Shown: positions 53,877 to 62,975, counted from the first letter of the stretch. The stretch: 64,000 bases of DNA from an uncultured virus (IMG/VR IMGVR_UViG_3300025646_000023) (IMGVR_UViG_3300025646_000023), one strand, 5' to 3'. Notes: generated by a model not told the origin, from the sequence alone. Numbers and translations: made by a program.

Positions 53877-54706
53877 GCTTTGAAAGCCCTGAGTGCGTCT
53901 AACTGATCCTTTGCTTCTTTGAAGCGACGGAACAACTCAGATTGTAGATCAGTTTTCCGAGTTTCTTCTCCGGTCAAACCAATCTGACGCTCTAAGCTTT
54001 CAGACCGCACTCGTTCGGTTTCAATAGAACCCCGAGCCTGTTCTGTTGCAGCAAACTTAGTTGCTTCTGCCTGCTGCTGAGATGCAAACTTAGTGGCGCC
54101 AGCCTGTTCAGAAGCTGCAAACTTTGTTGCATCTGCCTGGGCTTGAACACCCTGCAGGTTTAAACCAGCAACACCAAGGGTTGTTTGATTTTCGGCATTA
54201 GCAAGATTAAGTTCCTGTGCCTGATTGCTGTTATTAATTTCTCGAATAAAGCCTTGCTGCTGTTGAGAAATTGCTAGATCAAGTATGGAAGAAAAATCAG
54301 GAACAGCAGTTAAATCAATGTCTCCGGGGAGATTTAAAGTTTTAGTAACAAAACTATTTAACTGTGCTTGAGCTGCATCACGTGCTGCATCAGTAGCTGG
54401 CCCTGCATCAGCAGGTGGTTGTGTTTGTTGTTGTCTGTTTCGATTTCTATTGTTTTGTTTTTTATTTCCTTGTTTTTTATTCCCTTGTTTTTGTCCTTGT
54501 CCGCCTTGATTCCTGGGCGCCTGAGTAGCTGGAGGTGGTAACGGGGTAGCAGCAGACTGTGGTGGATTAGGTGGTGGAGTATTCCGACGACCTTGATTGT
54601 TATTGCCTTGTTTTTTACCGCCTTGCTTTTTACCACCCTGGTTTTTGTTACCTTGCTTTTTACCACCTTGGTTTTTGGGGCCTTGATTCCTGTTATCTTG
54701 TGCCAT
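53873..54706 (-). CDS. probable internal virion protein with NQGPK/QGGKK N-terminus and ATKFA repeats
   Basis: ORF track; repeats visible. Confidence 0.7.
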   Translation of the reverse strand: MAQDNRNQGPKNQGGKKQGNKNQGGKKQGGKKQGNNNQGRRNTPPPNPPQSAATPLPPPATQAPRNQGGQGQKQGNKKQGNKKQNNRNRNRQQQTQPPADAGPATDAARDAAQAQLNSFVTKTLNLPGDIDLTAVPDFSSILDLAISQQQQGFIREINNSNQAQELNLANAENQTTLGVAGLNLQGVQAQADATKFAASEQAGATKFASQQQAEATKFAATEQARGSIETERVRSESLERQIGLTGEETRKTDLQSELFRRFKEAKDQLDALRAFKA

Positions 54707-54712
54707 GGTGAA

Positions 54713-55255
54713 TTAAATACTGATGTTTACACCTGCTGCTGCCGCTTGCCGTAACTGAGCTAACGCATTCAAACGATTAGTAATAGCATCGCTTGCTGTT
54801 GCTAACTGGCCTTGACGGGCAACATCACGTGCAACTTGTCTTGTAGGGGATTGGATATCTGCATTCAAGCCTAGCTGATAATCAAGATTACGCAAGTCCT
54901 TGACAAACGGTAAAGAAGCAGCAGAAAATGCTACACCAGATCCAAGGCCAAGTAATTGATCTTTGAAATTAGAAAGGAAAGTTTTCTTTTCTAATTCATT
55001 GATAATGTTTTTTAAACCTTCTTGACTAAGATTTCCACCAGCAACTTCATAGCTTGGTGTACTAGGAAATTGAAGGTTATCAGCAGTTACTTCAAACGGA
55101 TTATTTGGTAAGCTATCTGCTACTTTCTTAGTATCGCGTTTGCCAGTTGCTGTATCTAATCCAAACTGGGGATTTAAAAAAGCAGCGTTATTACTAGAAT
55201 TCCAGTAACTAGTTGGCGTGAAATAAGGATACGGATTGGCTCCAGGATTAGCCAT
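54713..55255 (-). CDS. hypothetical probable internal virion protein
   Basis: ORF track. Confidence 0.65.
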   Translation of the reverse strand: MANPGANPYPYFTPTSYWNSSNNAAFLNPQFGLDTATGKRDTKKVADSLPNNPFEVTADNLQFPSTPSYEVAGGNLSQEGLKNIINELEKKTFLSNFKDQLLGLGSGVAFSAASLPFVKDLRNLDYQLGLNADIQSPTRQVARDVARQGQLATASDAITNRLNALAQLRQAAAAGVNISI

Positions 55256-55270
55256 TGTTTAACTCCTTAA

Positions 55271-56047
55271 TCAGAAGTAACGATACTGGGTTGCACCAGC
55301 TTGCCCAATATTATTCAAGAAACCTTCTGCCATACGCTGTGCACCTAACTGACCTTGCTGACGCATAGCAGCATCGGTTGCAAGAGCAGTCTGCAGTTGA
55401 GCAGCAGCTGCACTACGGCGTAAATCAAATTCTTTAGAACGCTGTTGATATGCTTCTTGATAAGGAGCATAACGCAGTGCATTAGCTAAGCTTTGTTGAT
55501 ACTGACGATTTTCAAAATCTAACTGTTGACGAATAGAACCAGTTGGATCGTTATAACCAAGAGCACCTGGAGGACCAAACTGACTGAGATCACCAGCAAC
55601 CCCATAACTTGGTACATCTGGTAACTGAGGCATCCCAGTACCGGTAATCTGTTGACCCACACCTAAAGCACCAGTAGCAGCGCGAGCACCCTGTCCAGCA
55701 ATAGAAGAAATTGGTTGAGCAGCAGCGCTTGCAATACGACCAATAGCAGGAGCAGCAATACCACCAGCAAGAGCAGCGCCACCTAAAGCACCTAGTTGCA
55801 ATGCTCTCCCAACAGGCATTGTAGATCCTGCTGCTGATGCAATTCCAGGAGCTGCGCTTACCAGTTGACCAGCACCTTTTGCTAAACCAGGTTTTGCAAA
55901 ACGGCCACCTACGTAACCAAGAGTTGCACCTGTAGCAGCTTCTCCTAGGTTACCTTTCATGAGGCCAGGGATGCCACCAACCGCAGCAGAGATATAGGGC
56001 AGACCCTGCATAGCCATACGGCCAACATTAAGCAAAGCAGGTAACAT
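55271..56047 (-). CDS. Ala/Gly-rich probable ejection/pilot protein
   Basis: Hydrophobic Gly/Ala N-terminus plus Gln-rich coil, like DNA-pilot proteins. Confidence 0.6.
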   Translation of the reverse strand: MLPALLNVGRMAMQGLPYISAAVGGIPGLMKGNLGEAATGATLGYVGGRFAKPGLAKGAGQLVSAAPGIASAAGSTMPVGRALQLGALGGAALAGGIAAPAIGRIASAAAQPISSIAGQGARAATGALGVGQQITGTGMPQLPDVPSYGVAGDLSQFGPPGALGYNDPTGSIRQQLDFENRQYQQSLANALRYAPYQEAYQQRSKEFDLRRSAAAAQLQTALATDAAMRQQGQLGAQRMAEGFLNNIGQAGATQYRYF

Positions 56048-56104
56048 AAACGTACTCTTTCTTATGTATTTATTTTAAAAGCAATGATCTTAAGGAAAAG
56101 ATTC

Positions 56105-56605
56105 TTAGCCAAAAATACTATCAATACCTTTACCAACTAATGCACCAATAGGAGCACCGAGAGGACCAAAAACTCCTGCGGCAGTGCCAAGTGCTCCTGC
56201 TGCACCGCCAATGCTACCAAATAATCCACTACCACCACTTGGTTGTTGTGTTCCTACCGGAATCTTTTTGGGTGGTGGTGTAACTAAATAAGTACTCCGA
56301 CCAATTTGCTGTATATCTGTTCCAGGTGTAGCACCCATTTTAGAAGAACGTGTACTTCCTTGTTGCTTGTAAGTATTTGCTTTATCTAAAGCTTCAAAAA
56401 TTTTACCTAAAGAACCAATAGCATTTGAAGCGCTACTACCTGATCCTCCATCTGATCCTCCATAACTTTGATCGGTAATGGGCCTAGCATCTAGACTAAA
56501 AACGGAAGAATATTTACTGGGATCAAATTGACTGGAATCAAAAAAGTCTAAGTCTGTCTCAGTATCAAAAACTTGTGGATTGAATTTATCAAATGTAAAC
56601 TCCAT
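56105..56605 (-). CDS. hypothetical probable internal virion protein
   Basis: C-terminal glycine-zipper GGAAGALG..FGPLGAPIGALVG. Confidence 0.6.
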   Translation of the reverse strand: MEFTFDKFNPQVFDTETDLDFFDSSQFDPSKYSSVFSLDARPITDQSYGGSDGGSGSSASNAIGSLGKIFEALDKANTYKQQGSTRSSKMGATPGTDIQQIGRSTYLVTPPPKKIPVGTQQPSGGSGLFGSIGGAAGALGTAAGVFGPLGAPIGALVGKGIDSIFG

Positions 56606-56608
56606 TTT

Positions 56609-57817
56609 TTAAACTCCGTAAGAAGACAACTGTTCCCAGCTGGAAACTGGCTGGCCAATTTGCTGACGAGCTGCCTCTAGAGAACCGTACTTATTTCTTA
56701 AATATTCTACTGGTTGTTCTTTCTTTAGCCGTTCATCGGCTTGCTGACGGAAGAAACCTTGTGATGCTTTCTTTGCTAGATAACCAGCACCAAGACCAGC
56801 TGCAATTAACCCAGCAGATGTTGCTAAAGAAGGAGTGTTAATGACTTCTGGTTTACGTAACTGCTTTGCAATATCTTTTAGATCATCAGCTGCTCTTTCA
56901 GTAACTTTGCCAAGCTTGACACCAGCACGAGCAACAGCTGCCTCTTGGCCAATCTCCTGTGCAGCTCGTTGCATAACAGGTGTTGTGCCAAGAGTTACGT
57001 TGGCATTCCTCATTGATTCTGGTAGTGCTTTGTAGAGTGCACCTGTTGTACCAATAGCAGCGGCAGTACCAATAGCAGAAGAGGCTGTAACAGGGAAACC
57101 AAAGTATGCAACTTCTGGTTCATTCAAACCACGTGCAGTTCCTTTGATAATACCAAGTGGTCCAACAAAAGATTGAGACTGAGGATCAATCTTTCCAAAA
57201 CCATCTGGCTTTAAATACTTATAACGTAAGTAGTTTTGATAAGTAGGATAAGCAACATCTGGACGCTCTTCTTTAAATGTTTGATAAGGAAGAGGATCAC
57301 CACGACGACCAGTAAAATACCGAAGTACAGACTCAGCTGCAGGATTGGCCGACGTTCGCCCCGTCGGATCCTGTTCTTTAGAAACTGGTAAAATACTTTT
57401 GTAGCCAGCTGGACGGCTACCTGTTAATGGGTTACCAACAGCACCAGCAAAAGCAGCAACAGCAAATGGAGTACTACGTCCAAGAAGATCTGTTGTAACC
57501 GGATCAAGTCCCATCTTCTCACCAGCGTAACGACCAACGTTCCTGCTAACAGCAAGCGTATGGTTTAAAAACCAATAGGCACCACGACTTGCATCCGTTA
57601 AAACATCAAGTGTTCCAGTTGCTGCAGCAAGCGGAAGGTTACCTTGTTTTGCATAACCAACAGCTTCTTTGATACCACCATAAACAGCACGTGGACCAGA
57701 AGCACCACGGCCAATATTTAAACCTTCTTGTAAGTAGGTACCAAATTCTGAACCAAAACTTTGTAAAGCTTTAGCACTATTAGAAAGATAATTATTGATT
57801 CCTGCAAACCTAGACAT
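56609..57817 (-). CDS. hypothetical probable internal virion protein
   Basis: ORF track; Ala/Gly-rich helices. Confidence 0.65.
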   Translation of the reverse strand: MSRFAGINNYLSNSAKALQSFGSEFGTYLQEGLNIGRGASGPRAVYGGIKEAVGYAKQGNLPLAAATGTLDVLTDASRGAYWFLNHTLAVSRNVGRYAGEKMGLDPVTTDLLGRSTPFAVAAFAGAVGNPLTGSRPAGYKSILPVSKEQDPTGRTSANPAAESVLRYFTGRRGDPLPYQTFKEERPDVAYPTYQNYLRYKYLKPDGFGKIDPQSQSFVGPLGIIKGTARGLNEPEVAYFGFPVTASSAIGTAAAIGTTGALYKALPESMRNANVTLGTTPVMQRAAQEIGQEAAVARAGVKLGKVTERAADDLKDIAKQLRKPEVINTPSLATSAGLIAAGLGAGYLAKKASQGFFRQQADERLKKEQPVEYLRNKYGSLEAARQQIGQPVSSWEQLSSYGV

Positions 57818-57819
57818 GA

Positions 57820-58515
57820 TTAAAAGTAATTTGCTGTTGGAACATTCACCATCTGGTTTGCAATTGCAAACGGATCAGGATTAGTTTGAGAAACGTGATG
57901 AATGTAACTAGGGAACTTATAGTTCCGTGCATAGATTAATTCTAATTGACGACGATGTGCTACTTCTGCAGGATCCATCATTCCAACTGGTAAACCAGTT
58001 TGTCCCAGCTGCGGTGCAACTGCAGCACCTGCCATATCCGCTTGTATACCAGTTTGCATATTTTGACCGCCGTTAAAACCTTCTGGAAAAACGGTTCGAG
58101 TTACAGCAGTACTAATTGGTTCAACAAAAGCTGCTTGACCAAGGGTACCTAAACCAAGCTTACCGGCACTTGCAGCAAGACCTGCTGCACCAGTTGCAAC
58201 AGCAGAAGGAATGCCAAGACCTGCTAAGCGCTCTGTTGCCCGGTTCTCCAATGTTGAAATACCTGGGAACATCTTTTTGGCGCCAGCAACAACACCGCGT
58301 TCAACAGGTCCACCTAAAGCACCAATTGAAACAGAACGCAAAATGCTCTCAGGTAGAGGGCGACCTTCTTGACCAAGTGCAAGAGGAAGACCTTGTTCTA
58401 AAGCAAGGTTTAACGCTGCACCTTTTGCAGCTTCTGTTGCAAATTGTTTAGCACCAGCTGGAGCAATGATTGGCAGTAACCTTTGGCCTGCCATGCGCAA
58501 TACGTTTGCAATCAT
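57820..58515 (-). CDS. hypothetical probable internal virion protein
   Basis: ORF track; C-terminal P..IA.Q...P.ANYF tail. Confidence 0.65.
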   Translation of the reverse strand: MIANVLRMAGQRLLPIIAPAGAKQFATEAAKGAALNLALEQGLPLALGQEGRPLPESILRSVSIGALGGPVERGVVAGAKKMFPGISTLENRATERLAGLGIPSAVATGAAGLAASAGKLGLGTLGQAAFVEPISTAVTRTVFPEGFNGGQNMQTGIQADMAGAAVAPQLGQTGLPVGMMDPAEVAHRRQLELIYARNYKFPSYIHHVSQTNPDPFAIANQMVNVPTANYF

Positions 58516-58922
58516 GATACTTTAGTTCCTGTAGAACCAGGGTATTCTTCTACTCCTTGAGCAGCTTGTCTAACAATATCTGAAATGGCTCCTGGATAAA
58601 CAGGTTCTTCTACAACAGAACTACGTCTGTAGGAGGAAAGAAATCTAGTTAAGGGATCTGTTCCGCTATAAGCAAAAGGATCTTTACCTGTGTTAGGAAT
58701 AATTTCAGCACTATATGGATCAACCATTAAATCAAGTGCTGGATCAAAACTCCGATAATCTTGTAACTTCTTAGGGTTAGTATCACGCAAGTTTGAAAGC
58801 CAGCGATTTAAAAACTCTTTGCCGCCAGACATTTGCTGGTCAGCAAATTGACCCAAAGAATCACCCGGTTCTTTTGAATCAGCTGGTACTCGTGAAAGGT
58901 AAGGGAGTTTTGTATTTGCCAC
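58512..58922 (-). CDS. hypothetical protein (two FLxx[WY] motifs)
   Basis: ORF track; GTG start. Confidence 0.6.
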   Translation of the reverse strand: MANTKLPYLSRVPADSKEPGDSLGQFADQQMSGGKEFLNRWLSNLRDTNPKKLQDYRSFDPALDLMVDPYSAEIIPNTGKDPFAYSGTDPLTRFLSSYRRSSVVEEPVYPGAISDIVRQAAQGVEEYPGSTGTKVS

Positions 58923-58924
58923 AA

Positions 58925-59140
58925 TTAACCTTTAGCAGAACGCTTCTTTTTCTTACGCATACCTGCAAGTGTCTTTGCAAGTTGTGCACGTTTCACTGTC
59001 TTATCAGAATAATCATCTGGATTAGACATTACTTCATTAGCAAATTCAGCAGTAGACATGCCTGCTTTATCTGCTTGAGAAGAAAAGGCGCCAGGTTTTT
59101 TAATGGCGCCTTGAATCCAGTTACTCTTTTTCTTCATCAC
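58925..59140 (-). CDS. small basic protein (WIQGAIKKPGAF...RAQLAKTL)
   Basis: ORF track; resembles a small phage protein type. Confidence 0.7.
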   Translation of the reverse strand: MMKKKSNWIQGAIKKPGAFSSQADKAGMSTAEFANEVMSNPDDYSDKTVKRAQLAKTLAGMRKKKKRSAKG

Positions 59141-59571
59141 TTAAGAAGTTGTTTAACTGCTTCTAAAGTATCTGCTTTGCTTGCAGTACCTGTAACAACA
59201 TTGCTAAGCAAATCAGCAGCAATTAACGCCTTAGGACGTTCTGCCAGTGCTTCATACTTCTTTACCTTATCTGCTGCAACCTGTGGTAACCAACGCTTGC
59301 TAACTTCAAACGTCAGTTCTTTTAATTCAGCAGCATCCAAGTGACCATCAGCAACAGCTTGAATAGCTAACTCAATAGCAAATTCAACATCGGATCCACT
59401 CCAGCGTGGGAGGTTACGCTCAAGCAACGGATCAAGCACGTCATAAACACGAGAAAAAATAGGACCGTGTTTAATCAGGTTGCGTGCAGAAATCAAACGC
59501 GATAACCAAGTGGCGCCAGCAGTAACACCAGCGCCAATCAGTAAAGCAATGATTGGTTCTAGGGTTGTCAT
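59137..59571 (-). CDS. membrane-anchored hypothetical protein (holin-like possible)
   Basis: Single N-terminal TM helix followed by a helical domain. Confidence 0.6.
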   Translation of the reverse strand: MTTLEPIIALLIGAGVTAGATWLSRLISARNLIKHGPIFSRVYDVLDPLLERNLPRWSGSDVEFAIELAIQAVADGHLDAAELKELTFEVSKRWLPQVAADKVKKYEALAERPKALIAADLLSNVVTGTASKADTLEAVKQLLK

Positions 59572-59602
59572 AATTACTCCCTAATAAGTTTTATTCTAAA
59601 TG

Positions 59603-61879
59603 TCACAACTCACCACGCAATGCTTTACGAACTAACTCATCACGTTGGCGCATCATTTCAATTTGCTGTGCACGCTCACTACCTTCTGCGGCACGCTGAT
59701 AGTTAGAGAATCGAGTACCCATTGCAGGATCAAGACCACTCTCACTAATGGCTCGGCCCTGACGGACACTTGCTGGAATGGTGGCGCCAGGAGTTACGCT
59801 ACTCCGTACACGGCGACCGCTTTGACGAGCTGCTTCAATTTGGCGACGCATGTCGGCAGCAGCCTGACCACCCATTGCTTGTGTGGTGTAGGCAAGACCA
59901 CTGGTTGGATCAATACGCTCTGGTGTTGCAGCAGCAATCTGGCTTAGTGCAGCAGGATCAAAAGAACGTGGATCAATTACATCTGCACTAACGCCTTTGA
60001 AAGTACGGCCCTCACGTCCCATAATTCGTTGAGGCTCAACAGCGGTTCCCCGCATTGGTGCAACAGCCTTCATTGGCAGCCCAGATTGCTGAAACTGACT
60101 TTCAGTTAAAACATCGCCAGTTTGAAGATTTCGGTACAAGTAAGGAGTTGCATCGATGGCGCTGCCTTGTGGAGTTGCAAAACCTTCTGCCGCCAGTGCT
60201 TCCCGGCGACGGCCAACACCACCAACTTCAGGACGACCGGCACCACCACCAGCACGCATCTGGTAGTACTGGCTCGTTGGGATTCCTTCTACTTCAGGAA
60301 CAATCCTGGAGCCAACGACTTCACCAGAAGTTTGATTAATGACAGGTACTTCACGAATACCTTGCGTTACTTCAGGACGTAATTTATAGAGAAGTTGATT
60401 AGCTTCTGCATCAGCAAGACTGGCTTGTGCAATCTTGACAGCTTCTGCAGTTTCACCCAGTAACTTCTTAGTACGTGGATCTAAACTTTGCAGTTCTGCT
60501 TGTGATGGTTGGTAAGTAGAAGGAACACCAAGTTGCTCTAATGCACGAGCTTTCATCTTGCTCTGCATATTGAGCGCACCTTGCAACGATTCACTGCGTC
60601 CTTGCGTTACAGGGATACCAGTCGTTGGATTAACAGTCTGGCCAAATGCTTCATACAGCGAACCAGTTGGAACACTCTCACCAGAAGGTAGGGTGACACG
60701 GATCGGTAAACCAGGTGCTTCTGCATATGCAGAACGGATCACACCAGGATCACCGGTTGCTTGGAAAATATTCTCAGCTTGCTTTTGTACCGTGGCAACA
60801 CGTGGATCATTTGAGAAGCTACGTTGCACGCCAGAAAGAGAACCTTCTGGAATAGGACGTTGCCTACCAAGTAAACCTGCTAGAGCACCGGATTCAACAG
60901 CACCTTCTCCTAATCCCCCTTGAGATAGCGGAATGATGTTTTGAGATTTACCACCAAACATTCCAGCAGTCGGAATCTGGGTCGATGGATTTAAACCTGC
61001 TACAGAAGGTGCGTTTGTAATTGGACCATAACCAATCTTTTGTGCAAATTGAGAAACACGAGATTGAATATCAGGATCTAAACCAGCTGCTGTTGTTTGC
61101 CCGCCAATAACACTTTGTTGTGCCGGGGCAGACATGGTTTGTGCCCCACTACCAAGAGCAGATTCACTCCATGGGTCTGGAATACGTGACTTCAGTGTTT
61201 GTTGTACACGAACTTCTGCAGGAATAACGTTTTGACCGCGAACAATACCTGGAGCAGCGTCATCCAGTGTAGAAATACCACCTTCTGCTACAGCAAGAAC
61301 GTTTTCTGCACCCTCACGTGTAACAAAAGAGGGATCAACAGCTTCTTGTGCTAAACCAAGAGCAGATTTAACACCAGATTTAGCGCGTTTACCTAGATCA
61401 CGCACCATTCCACCGATGCGACCAACGCCAAGGTCACGGCCCGTGAGTTTTTGTGCACCATAAATGCCAGCAGCTGCAGCACCTACCCCTAACGCCCCTA
61501 AGGCTGCCTTTTCAAGGAGAGATTTTGGCTGTTCAGTTCCACCAAAACCTGTTTCATAGGCGTCATCAGCGTGGTGTTGGCTGTAATGCTGGCCAGTCAA
61601 GCTGTTATTGAGCTGTCCAGCGACCTTTGGAATGTTGTTATCGGGTGTAATTGGCGATTGAAGTAAGGTATTTTCGCCAAAATGGCGGATAGAAATGGGT
61701 TGATCGTAAACAGTATCGGCTTGAAAGCCCTGTACTTCATCAAAACCCTTGAATTTACCAAATCCCCGGTTGAAATCATACACTTCAGGGGCTAACCGGG
61801 CCTTTTCCTGTGGAGTTGTAGGGTATGGATTGCCAGTTGCCTGCGCCCAAAGCGCATAATCCTGCGGAGATACAGGCAT
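59603..61879 (-). CDS. large probable internal virion protein (758 aa)
   Basis: First gene of the late block; TAAAAT upstream; Gly/Ala/Gln-rich. Confidence 0.7.
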   Translation of the reverse strand: MPVSPQDYALWAQATGNPYPTTPQEKARLAPEVYDFNRGFGKFKGFDEVQGFQADTVYDQPISIRHFGENTLLQSPITPDNNIPKVAGQLNNSLTGQHYSQHHADDAYETGFGGTEQPKSLLEKAALGALGVGAAAAGIYGAQKLTGRDLGVGRIGGMVRDLGKRAKSGVKSALGLAQEAVDPSFVTREGAENVLAVAEGGISTLDDAAPGIVRGQNVIPAEVRVQQTLKSRIPDPWSESALGSGAQTMSAPAQQSVIGGQTTAAGLDPDIQSRVSQFAQKIGYGPITNAPSVAGLNPSTQIPTAGMFGGKSQNIIPLSQGGLGEGAVESGALAGLLGRQRPIPEGSLSGVQRSFSNDPRVATVQKQAENIFQATGDPGVIRSAYAEAPGLPIRVTLPSGESVPTGSLYEAFGQTVNPTTGIPVTQGRSESLQGALNMQSKMKARALEQLGVPSTYQPSQAELQSLDPRTKKLLGETAEAVKIAQASLADAEANQLLYKLRPEVTQGIREVPVINQTSGEVVGSRIVPEVEGIPTSQYYQMRAGGGAGRPEVGGVGRRREALAAEGFATPQGSAIDATPYLYRNLQTGDVLTESQFQQSGLPMKAVAPMRGTAVEPQRIMGREGRTFKGVSADVIDPRSFDPAALSQIAAATPERIDPTSGLAYTTQAMGGQAAADMRRQIEAARQSGRRVRSSVTPGATIPASVRQGRAISESGLDPAMGTRFSNYQRAAEGSERAQQIEMMRQRDELVRKALRGEL

Positions 61880-62560
61880 TTTTATAAATTTATCTAGATA
61901 TAACTGATTTTAGGTGCAATCAATACAGTATTTACGCCAGGAGTGATCCCCTAACCGGCTTAAAAAGCTGGCTTTTGGGGTGGTAATCGCTGGAGACATC
62001 AAGCTAGCTGTGCTAGCAGAAGCGTGACGAAAGAAAAAAAAGAAACCTGTGATAATGTTCGCTCCCTTCGGTCGCTAAGTGTGGAGTTTGATGCTCCCTA
62101 CGGTCGCAAAGTGTGAGAGTAAGAGAAAGATTCTGTATGAAATGTTGTATTAAATATTGTATTTTATGCGAAGGATGAGCGCTCCCTCCGGTCGCTATAA
62201 ACCGGTGGACAGTTACAACATCGTACACTCTAACTGTCGAACAGTTTACAGTCTCTTTTTACCTTTTTTTACTCACTCATCCCCGCTTTCTCACCCTATT
62301 TCCCCTAGATCCACTGCGCCGCAACGCTTCTCAACCTCATTTCGACCAGGAGTTTTGTGCGGTTTTGGGGCTGCGAAAATTTCCAAATGTGGAAAACTTG
62401 ACGGGTTTTCCAAACTTATTGAATTGAATACTCTTTTAATAGGGATTTCAGCTGCAGCAAGTACCGCTTCCTTCGGTCGCTTTTCTGCTTAATCCTGAAG
62501 AGAAAGTTCTTTTAATTTTTGCCTCCAGTGGAGTTGGGCACCACACAGTTGGATTAAACC

Positions 62561-62713
62561 ATGTCGGTTTATGTCGTGATGCTTGGTGATCTGTATCAGG
62601 ATCACTTTATTGGTGTGTTTAACACCAGGTTAGCAGCTGAACGTTATGTTCAGATGCAAGATTCAGAAGAAGGAGAACAGTTCTTTATAACAGAATCTCT
62701 TGTCCAAAGCTGA
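62561..62713 (+). CDS. small early hypothetical protein (MSVYVVMLGD...)
   Basis: Translated by hand; 50 aa. Confidence 0.55.
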   Translation: MSVYVVMLGDLYQDHFIGVFNTRLAAERYVQMQDSEEGEQFFITESLVQS

Positions 62714-62795
62714 TCCGTTAAAGCGGGAGAGGAGGTGCAATCCCTCCTCCAGTTATTGCCTGCACTTCAGCAGGCTTTGCACACACCACTCTGTC

Positions 62796-62975
62796 ATGAA
62801 ACAAGACACTGCTGTTGTTGTTATTCTCTGGGCGATTAGCCTAGTGAGCTTTACACACATTGTAATTGATCAGATTGATATTGCTACGACTAAACAATGC
62901 CAAGCACATGATTGGCCTGTAGAAGACAATCAGAGGCACCGTGATTGGTGCATCGCTAATGGGTACCAGCTCTGA
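62796..62975 (+). CDS. small early membrane protein
   Basis: ATG at 62796; TM helix then QC..HDWP..H.DWC..NGY. Confidence 0.65.
   Translation: MKQDTAVVVILWAISLVSFTHIVIDQIDIATTKQCQAHDWPVEDNQRHRDWCIANGYQL

Noticed and set aside
62013..62492. ORFs 62013-62228 and 62157-62492
   Set aside because: They run through the repeat and AT-tract region and have implausible composition; probably non-coding
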